Assembly (NCBI GenBank): GCA_036392095.1
Contig: DASVYQ010000110.1
Span: 1 to 58,895, forward strand
Origin: Patescibacteria group bacterium
GTDB taxonomy: Bacteria; Patescibacteriota; Microgenomatia; Levybacterales; UBA12049
Reading direction: 5' to 3'
Length of the DNA: 58,895 bases
This document shows positions 36,731-43,699 of the stretch, piece by piece; within the stretch, counting starts at the first letter, position 1; each line of letters opens with the position of its first letter. The notes beneath the pieces are model-generated. The model saw only the letters and a program-made list of their open reading frames with translations, had not been told where the DNA came from and made no database searches. A program made the position numbers and the translations under genes.

Positions 36731-37378
36731 AGGGCAGTGTGAAAATTGTGAAAATAAGTAGCTAGCTTCAAAATTATACAGATTATACGTTTTATCATGA
36801 AACCTACTACTATTAATAAGCGTAGAAAGTATACACCTAGTTGTCAAGAACCTAGAGTGAAAACAGATTCAAAATAATTGAATGCAGATTTATATATTTT
36901 GATACGGTTGTGAAAAGGGAGGGACAGGCATTAAATCTTGTAAAAAGTGTAAAAAAATTAGAATAGGTAATTCGGGAATTCGATAAATGTTATACTTTTA
37001 CAATATCTAAATATATCATTGAATATCAAATATAAAGAAAATTTAAATGATAGGGAATGATATAGTTATTTTACTCTTTTTGCTAAATTGTAAAGTTGTT
37101 CTTGTTTTATTCGATTTTTTCTTAAGAAAAATTAATTATGAACACTGTTTTTTAAACTAATTTTAATTGCTTATTGGGTCTAAAAAATAATATGAGATAG
37201 TAATTAGCAAAAGAAGAAAGACAGTGACAAAAAATGGCACTAGTAGTTTTGGCCTATTCGTATTATCTAAAATTAATGCTAAGAGAGAAAAGTGGATTAA
37301 GAAAGAATAGTGAAGGAATTTACTATTGAATTATTGTACTTTGGCTTCTTTCTCTATACAATAAGAGTAACCTAATCT

Positions 37379-38254
37379 ATGAAAAATAACAAGCTGCCCC
37401 TTGTTAACCTATTTATTGCTATTTTGTTCGCATTTTTAACTGCGGTGCCAGCATATGCAAGTAGCACTGGCAATGCTTCCTCAGATGTAAGCGCAACTGT
37501 TGGTCAATATTACTTAGATGTTTCCGGATATATTGCCCCTTTTGCATCAATTGTGCTTCTCTCTAATGATCAGCCTCTTCGAACAACAGTCGCAGATTCT
37601 CAAGGATATTTTTCTTTGTCTCAAGTATTGGTTAGTAAAGGGTTTTCTGGATTTTGTTTAGATGCAGTGGATGTAAAGAGGCTAGGAGAGTCCTACAAGT
37701 GTTTTACATTTGCGCCTTTAACCAACAGCCTTTCTATGAAGAATTTGTTTTTACCGCCAACCTTGGGGCTTCAAAGAACCGAAATTACCCAGGGTGACCA
37801 AGCTGTTATCTGGGGATACAGCATGCCTAATGCTACCGTGGTCGTTCACTTAAGCAATGGACAAACATTTACAACTACTGCAGATAACACAGGATATTAT
37901 GAAGTAAAAACAACCATAGCGAAGGCTGGTCAATATGAATTGTATGCCGATGCTACATTCCAGAATAAAAAGTCTCTTATTCCGGACAGAAAAGTCACAC
38001 TTTTAGCACTCTCAACAAGCGAGCAAATAGCAAAAGCAGGATTAAATTGGCTTACCAATCTAATCAATTTCTTGCTTGGCAGCCCATGGGGAATAGTGCT
38101 AGCTATTTTACCTATTTTTATCCTTATTCTTATACTTATTTACAAGCTCAAGCCCGAATGGTTTACGGTTATTGACCAAAAATTTCACCAAGTAGCCTCG
38201 CATATTCCATTTTTCCCTCATAGGTTGCACCATTGGTGGTTTGTAGGGTATTGA
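37379..38254 (+). CDS. Secreted protein with two Ig-like / carboxypeptidase-regulatory-like domains and a C-terminal TM anchor
   Basis: It has a signal peptide (AILFAFLTAVPAYA). Two repeats are VSGYIAPFASIVLLSNDQPLRTTVADSQGYFSL and IWGYSMPNATVVVHLSNGQTFTTTADNTGYYEV. The TM helix is GIVLAILPIFILILILIY. Confidence 0.6.
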   Translation: MKNNKLPLVNLFIAILFAFLTAVPAYASSTGNASSDVSATVGQYYLDVSGYIAPFASIVLLSNDQPLRTTVADSQGYFSLSQVLVSKGFSGFCLDAVDVKRLGESYKCFTFAPLTNSLSMKNLFLPPTLGLQRTEITQGDQAVIWGYSMPNATVVVHLSNGQTFTTTADNTGYYEVKTTIAKAGQYELYADATFQNKKSLIPDRKVTLLALSTSEQIAKAGLNWLTNLINFLLGSPWGIVLAILPIFILILILIYKLKPEWFTVIDQKFHQVASHIPFFPHRLHHWWFVGY

Positions 38255-38780
38255 TTTATTTTTTAAAGCGGAAAATAGATATCTTACTCAATCTTCTAAA
38301 TAAAAAAATCGTATCTAAAATCAGAAGTAAATAATTAAGGTTGAAGATAGCTAGCATCATAATTGTGAATATGTATTCGATGTGCATAGATCATTAACAT
38401 TATGGCTTCGCCAAATTGTAACTGTTAAAAATGAAATTCCACACGAAACAAGAATAAAAATAATAGAAAAAAGTGTCTTCATGTTTTTATGAAGAATAAA
38501 AGTAATTATTATTAGCCTTAAAAGACTTGTAGTAAATAAAAAAGGACGTAGTAAAATTTTTTGTGGACAACTCTAAAATTATAGGGGATAACTTTATAGT
38601 CTTATAATATTTTCACGCCTAAAAACAATATTTCACACCTTAAGAGGCAACAACAATTTGTTTTTCTTGATACTCGGGAATGTTGTTTACCGAATGTATG
38701 TAATGGGGAAATTAGGTAAAAGTACAATAATAGCCTTGAAAGAAATATATTGTGAAATCTGTGAAAATAGTCAAAAATTG

Positions 38781-38801
38781 TAAGCGTCTAGAATGCCCTA
38801 G
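38781..38801. repeat. 21-bp repeat, inverted copy of 48117-48137
   Basis: TAAGCGTCTAGAATGCCCTAG is the exact reverse complement of CTAGGGCATTCTAGACGCTTA at 48117-48137. It contains the TAG stop codon of the 38798-39766 gene. Confidence 0.9.
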
Positions 38802-39766
38802 AACGCGTTTTCATGAGGATCAAGGGAAGATAGGTCATCTTCATGTTTGTTTTTTCTCCTTCTATATAATAGGAATGCCAGAACGATTGCTATGAGTACT
38901 AATGCAATAACAGTTGCGGCTCTCCATGGAAATACCCAGAAAACAAGTGTTGCGCTAAGTGGTAAATTGCCTCCTGTGCCATAACTTCCTAAAAGTGTTG
39001 CCGTAAAACGGCCTATCATAAGCTTTGTCCCGAGCGTATTTATATAATCACGTGCAATGCCTCCTGGAAAAATATTCCCCTGAGGCAATTCAGCAGTTGC
39101 AACAACTCTTCCAAGCATGTCTTTTACTGTAATTGTTGCTTGGGGAGTAATATGCAAATCCCCAAAATTTTTAATTTCGGTTTGTATTTTAATAGGGCCA
39201 TATTCAGAAAAATTAGGTGCGGTAAATTTGGTTACTTTGGCAGATTCATTAATGGTTCCTTTTATGTCAATATAGACAAGTGTAGCTATCTGTGTTTGGA
39301 TTTTTGCTCCAACTGATGGCTGACCAGATTGATTAACCGGTTGATAGATAAGTGCTGCATAATGGCCACCGGCTCCGGCATCTTGTGGAACTTGAATGTA
39401 GTAATTAAAGTCAAATCGTTGGTGTCTCTTTACGGTAAATTCTTCAGGGTACACGGCAATCCAGTTAGCTGCACTGTATTTGTTATTTAGTATGGTGTTT
39501 CGTGGCAAAACTTGAGGTGTTCCATTATTGTCAGTAACAATAAAGTCATAGACTCCTGTTATAAAGGTCATATCGGTATCTGAATCATTAATAATTCCGA
39601 GTCTTCCTTCTGTTTTGTCTCCAGGGTTAAGCGTAACTTCAATCTTGGGTGGGGTTATAGTAACTTGTTGTAACTCTTGTGCATTTGTTTGAGAAACAAA
39701 CAAAAGTATGGCAAGTCCCATGGCTATAATTGATATTGTTTCTCCAATTATTTTTATAATTTTCAT
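38798..39766 (-). CDS. Signal-peptide, C-terminally TM-anchored surface protein (DUF916/DUF3324-like layout), paralog B
   Basis: I prefer the ATG at 39766 (MKIIKIIG...), 1 nt after the upstream stop (TAA-T-ATG). Motifs are QQVTITPPKIEV, IINDSDTD, GGHYAALIY, GPIKIQTEIKN and VKDMLGR. The TM helix is followed by a basic YRRRKNK tail. Confidence 0.6.
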   Translation of the reverse strand: MKIIKIIGETISIIAMGLAILLFVSQTNAQELQQVTITPPKIEVTLNPGDKTEGRLGIINDSDTDMTFITGVYDFIVTDNNGTPQVLPRNTILNNKYSAANWIAVYPEEFTVKRHQRFDFNYYIQVPQDAGAGGHYAALIYQPVNQSGQPSVGAKIQTQIATLVYIDIKGTINESAKVTKFTAPNFSEYGPIKIQTEIKNFGDLHITPQATITVKDMLGRVVATAELPQGNIFPGGIARDYINTLGTKLMIGRFTATLLGSYGTGGNLPLSATLVFWVFPWRAATVIALVLIAIVLAFLLYRRRKNKHEDDLSSLDPHENAF

Positions 39767-39767
39767 A

Positions 39768-41207
39768 TTAGAACGTGGTCGATGCCACATATGTTATTGT
39801 TGTATGGTAATCGCCAGGTGGTGTTGTTCCTTGAGGTGAAGCTGCATATTCAATATAGAATGTGTCTCCGCTGGTTGCCGGTCCTGAGACAGAACTAACA
39901 AGCGTGTAATAATATTGAGCAGAAGGATTAGCATAAAAATTGCTGCTTCCTGTTCCTGCACCCCACTTAGTTGTATTAATCTTTGCTTGAGCACTTAAAT
40001 CGCAAGGGTGAATACCAAACCTATTGCTTCCAGCTGTAATTGTGGCTGTAGCAGTATTTGGAGCAGGCGTGTCATTATTGGTTGGTGTTCCTTGAGCATC
40101 TTGAATAGCATATCCGTTAGCAGGATTAAGCAAATGTCCAGATGAAGTGGCAGTAATGGTATAGCCATTAATTGCATTAGAGGTTATAACCATTTTTTGG
40201 GCTGCAATATTAACATTTGTTGCCAAAAGAGTGCCTAAGTTAACATTAGTAGAAGTAGATGCAAAGCCGGAATTTGTTGTGTCATTGTTGGTTCCTCCGT
40301 CTGTACATAAAGAAGTAAGTGAAGTGCCGTTAGCAACTCCTGTAATAACAAAAGTAAATGTTGGATCAATATGAGCAGTAACTGTTACAGATTCAACCGT
40401 TCCGACTTTAATTTTTGTATTGTCTAATACATTACTTGAAGCATCGGTTGTATTAATATTTACTGCCCAGGTGTCTGCTGTTCCTGCGGTTGCTGACTTA
40501 GTTGGATTAATAAGTGTTGGTACCTGGTTTGCAACTGCGCAAGACGTTCCGGCAGTTGTACAGCCAACAAGAATTGTTACTGTTGTTCCTGCAGAAACAG
40601 CTGCTGTTCCAACAGTGCAGGTAATTGTTGGAGCAGAGCCTGCTGCTGTTCCGGTTATTGCAAAAGTACATGTAGATGTGCCGGTAGAGAAATTAGCTTT
40701 AATATTACTCGTAGAAAGTCCGTTAAACATAAATGTAGAAGCAGAAGGAGAAGCTTGATTAGTATCAGAGCTGTTAGAAGTGGGGAATGAAATAACAATT
40801 GTTCCACTGGTTGGAATATTTGTTTGCGTTGTAAACTGAATTGCGTGTACAGCTGTTATTGCAGTAGAAACAACAGTTCCATTGGCATGGGCTTGCGTTG
40901 CAGTTGCCGTAAAGTAAAGAGTTGTTGCTGCGGCAGATACTGTTGCAACATTCAAACTTTCTCCTGTTTGACCCCAAAAATGTGCAGAATCTGATGCTAA
41001 AAACGTTGAGCCATTATTAACAATACTTGCTTGAGCATCTCCTACACTGACATTTGCAGATAGAGGAGTGGAAGGCGAAGGGCGTGAAGTTGTAATGGTG
41101 TCTGATGCCGATCCCAGCGTTGCAGCATGTGCTTTAGGCACAGCAGCAAAAAATATTGCAAAGATTCCCAATAGCAAAAATCCCCATTTATGGGCAAGCA
41201 AGGACAT
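39768..41207 (-). CDS. Secreted Thr/Ala/Ser-rich beta protein with a shared C-terminal domain ending YVASTTF
   Basis: It has a signal peptide (FFAAVPKAHA). Its C-terminal half is homologous to the 42260-43003 product (FTFVITG, VNLGTL, NGYTITA, HLLNP, FGIHPCD, PPGDYHTTITYVASTTF). Confidence 0.6.
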   Translation of the reverse strand: MSLLAHKWGFLLLGIFAIFFAAVPKAHAATLGSASDTITTSRPSPSTPLSANVSVGDAQASIVNNGSTFLASDSAHFWGQTGESLNVATVSAAATTLYFTATATQAHANGTVVSTAITAVHAIQFTTQTNIPTSGTIVISFPTSNSSDTNQASPSASTFMFNGLSTSNIKANFSTGTSTCTFAITGTAAGSAPTITCTVGTAAVSAGTTVTILVGCTTAGTSCAVANQVPTLINPTKSATAGTADTWAVNINTTDASSNVLDNTKIKVGTVESVTVTAHIDPTFTFVITGVANGTSLTSLCTDGGTNNDTTNSGFASTSTNVNLGTLLATNVNIAAQKMVITSNAINGYTITATSSGHLLNPANGYAIQDAQGTPTNNDTPAPNTATATITAGSNRFGIHPCDLSAQAKINTTKWGAGTGSSNFYANPSAQYYYTLVSSVSGPATSGDTFYIEYAASPQGTTPPGDYHTTITYVASTTF

Positions 41208-41275
41208 ATATTATTATATGGAGAAAATAAGACTATCTGTCAAGTATATATGTGATAATAAAAATTAAAAATTTA

Positions 41276-42256
41276 TTAAATTTTTTTGTTTTCGCGGATT
41301 TTTCGTTTTATATGATAGAAAATAGCGGCTCCAATAAGACACAGCAAGATTAGTATAATAAAAAAACTAATAGGAAATGCAACAAAATATATCGTTTTAG
41401 TAAAAAGTGGACCAGTACTTGATAGAGCTACTGTTAGCGTTGCAGAATAGAGTCCAAAAACAAATGTTTCTGGCCAAATAGCTTTTTCTAAAGATCCAGA
41501 TTTATTATCTGGTAAAAACCGATTTGTGTTTGCCAATATATTTACAGGTAAAAGTTGTATATGACCAACAGCTTGTCCAAACATATTTTTTACAACAATG
41601 TCGCCTTTAGGTACAATGAAAAAATTGCTTGTATTTTGTACGCTTGTGGTAAATGCAATTGGGCCATGTGTTGTAAACCATGGGGTAGAGAACTCGTTTA
41701 ACAATCCTGTTGTATTGCCTTTTGGTCCAATAGAAAGCAGCACATTTATACCAATGCCCGCTGTCGTTGAGGCTGTTGTCGCATTTGCTAAATTTTGTCC
41801 ATGTGAAAGGAAAAGAATGGTAAAGTAATAATCCGAAGGAGGTTCATCTGAAGGAATACCAATATGCAGTAATAAGTTCTTTTGTTGCTGGGGAGCAAGC
41901 GTTAGCTTTGTTATAACACTTGAGCCATCATAAATCTGCATTTTTGAAAAAATATCTGGATCTGCTCCGGGCATTTGTTGACCATCTGGTAAAAAAGATA
42001 CTTCACCATTTCCTTTTTCAGATGAAGTAAATGGTTTAAGCACAATATCTAAATCAATTGGAGCATCACTGCTGTTAACGATGGTAAATGGAGCCTTGAC
42101 ACTTGCGGGAGCATCGGTATTAATTTGTAAAATTGGCGGATATACCTCTAATGATACTTGCTGTGCGAAAGCAGGACGTATAAAAAATGGGATAATCATT
42201 GGTACGCCAAGCAAAACAATCAAATTTTTTATAATAAAAATTTTCATAGTTCTCAT
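41276..42256 (-). CDS. Signal-peptide, C-terminally TM-anchored surface protein (DUF916/DUF3324-like layout), paralog A
   Basis: Motifs are QQVSLEVYPPILQI, IVNSSDAPID, PPSDYYFTILF, GPIAFTTSVQN and VKNMFGQ. The TM helix is followed by an HIKRKIRENKKI tail. Confidence 0.6.
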   Translation of the reverse strand: MRTMKIFIIKNLIVLLGVPMIIPFFIRPAFAQQVSLEVYPPILQINTDAPASVKAPFTIVNSSDAPIDLDIVLKPFTSSEKGNGEVSFLPDGQQMPGADPDIFSKMQIYDGSSVITKLTLAPQQQKNLLLHIGIPSDEPPSDYYFTILFLSHGQNLANATTASTTAGIGINVLLSIGPKGNTTGLLNEFSTPWFTTHGPIAFTTSVQNTSNFFIVPKGDIVVKNMFGQAVGHIQLLPVNILANTNRFLPDNKSGSLEKAIWPETFVFGLYSATLTVALSSTGPLFTKTIYFVAFPISFFIILILLCLIGAAIFYHIKRKIRENKKI

Positions 42257-42259
42257 ATA

Positions 42260-43003
42260 TTAAAATGTAGGCGTTGCTACATAATTAATTTGATTTAGAT
42301 AATTTCCCGGCGCTTGTGTGCCAGAAATGTTAGCCTTAAATGTAATTGTTGCTTGTGCATTCTTAACAAGATTAGTTCCTGATAATACACTTTGCGGTGT
42401 TTGCGAAAATTCTTTATTTGCAAATGGGGCATAGTAGTTGGCAGTAGTAAATACACATGGAGTGCCGCTGACATTATCGCATCTGTATCCAAAACCATAC
42501 GTGAGAGGATTGGTCCAAGTTGAAGGAGTAGAAGCAGTACATGTTCCGCTGTCACAAGTTGTATCGGGAATTCTTGAACCAGAATCCGGGCGAAGTAATT
42601 GATGATTTTCTTGAGCAGTTACGCTATATCCATATGCCGAACCATTGGTTATGGTTAGTGTTTGGGTTCTGGTAACAGGATTGCTGGCAGTTAGCGTACC
42701 AAAATCTATGACTTGGGACGAAACAATAAATTTAAATCTGACAATTGAGGAAATGTATTGAAATCCTGCCTTAATAATATAATTTGTTCCGGTATATTGC
42801 CCTGCCCCTAATTGTCCGCCTGTATCCTGCAGCACAAATCCAGAACCTGATTTTCTTCCTGCAAAGCTATTTAAATTGCCCATTTGCAGCAAATAAAGGG
42901 AGTTAGACATATTGAGAGCATGTGCATGCAACGTAGTTGCAATAAAAAATCCAAAAAAAGAAAGAATTCCTATTGTAATTTTTAGGCGGGCAGAGTGTTT
43001 CAT
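42260..43003 (-). CDS. Secreted beta protein with a shared C-terminal domain ending YVATPTF
   Basis: I prefer the ATG at 43003 (MKHSARLK...), 1 nt after the upstream stop (TAA-T-ATG); the track start is 43024. It has a signal peptide (ATTLHAHA), three SxxY/FxL-type N-terminal repeats and four Cys. It ends APGNYLNQINYVATPTF. Confidence 0.6.
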   Translation of the reverse strand: MKHSARLKITIGILSFFGFFIATTLHAHALNMSNSLYLLQMGNLNSFAGRKSGSGFVLQDTGGQLGAGQYTGTNYIIKAGFQYISSIVRFKFIVSSQVIDFGTLTASNPVTRTQTLTITNGSAYGYSVTAQENHQLLRPDSGSRIPDTTCDSGTCTASTPSTWTNPLTYGFGYRCDNVSGTPCVFTTANYYAPFANKEFSQTPQSVLSGTNLVKNAQATITFKANISGTQAPGNYLNQINYVATPTF

Positions 43004-43004
43004 A

Positions 43005-43640
43005 TTACTTTTTTGATTCTTCACGGAGTTCTTCTGTTTCTTCTAAGATTTCATTTAATTTTTCTATATCTTTGTCTTTCAAAACTTTTTTTTCTTCCTG
43101 CAAAACATGTTCTATATCTTTAGAAATGGTATCTGCTGCATCTTTTGTTCTTTCTTCCATGGATTCAATAATTTGTTCTTCTTTATCTCGGTCTTGATAT
43201 TCACGGCCAAAAAAGTAAGCAAGAGGAGAGATAAGTAAAATAGAGCCAAGACGAACAAAGCTTTCTATTGACCCGTTTTTTATTGCTTCAGGCATAAATA
43301 CTGCTATGGTTCCAAGTGCAAAAATAAAAACAGAAACAGGCTCAAAAATAAAGGTTATGCCAAACCCTAAAAAGTATAACAAGAAAAAGAGTGGAGAATA
43401 GATATTTCCGGTGATCCCAATTATAAGTAGTATAGCGGTGTTAAGAATAAAAATATCAGAACTGCTGCTAAATCTTTCGGCATGAGGGTTTCTTTTGCTT
43501 CGAATAAAAGAAATAACCATATATGCTAACACCAAAATACCCAGTGCCTGAACAGTAAAATCAGACAAAAGTGTTTGCTTCCAAATAAATACAATAATAA
43601 AAGAAACAACTAAAATAACTCCATGCCAAAGTGTCTTCAT
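43005..43640 (-). CDS. Polytopic (~5 TM) membrane protein with an acidic coiled-coil C-terminal tail
   Basis: 211 aa and the first gene of the operon. The tail is DRDKEEQIIESMEERTKDAADTISKDIEHVLQEEKKVLKDKDIEKLNEILEETEELREESKK. Confidence 0.55.
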   Translation of the reverse strand: MKTLWHGVILVVSFIIVFIWKQTLLSDFTVQALGILVLAYMVISFIRSKRNPHAERFSSSSDIFILNTAILLIIGITGNIYSPLFFLLYFLGFGITFIFEPVSVFIFALGTIAVFMPEAIKNGSIESFVRLGSILLISPLAYFFGREYQDRDKEEQIIESMEERTKDAADTISKDIEHVLQEEKKVLKDKDIEKLNEILEETEELREESKK

Positions 43641-43699
43641 ATTTGTATAGTAGGGAAAAATGACTTCAAAAGCAAGAATTTTATGCTATACTTACAGGT

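Noticed and set aside
36731-36847. TTG-initiated 39-codon N-terminal extension of the giant ORF
   Set aside because: The extension has no domain-like sequence and contains two TATAAT hexamers that look like the gene's own promoter. The ATG at 36730 starts exactly at the first SAM-like domain. I did not exclude it experimentally.
38357-38482. 41-aa minus-strand ORF MKTLFSIIFILVSCGISFLTVTIWRSHNVNDLCTSNTYSQL with a lipobox-like LVSC
   Set aside because: It is too short and AT-rich to distinguish from chance. It has no ribosome-binding site and would be little more than a signal peptide. It is worth a look only if the spacer proves to be transcribed.
89-38766. Recurring TGTGAAAA / TTTTCACA octamers in intergenic regions (about 89, 36911, 38620 and 38758)
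   Set aside because: A rough composition-based estimate suggests that an octamer with six A/T and two G/C should occur a few times by chance in 59 kb of AT-rich DNA on both strands. There is no consistent spacing to promoters.
39764-39770. Identical TAA-T-ATG gene junctions (also at 43001-43007 and 52065-52071)
   Set aside because: This is ordinary translational-coupling geometry in a compact AT-rich genome, not a specific element.
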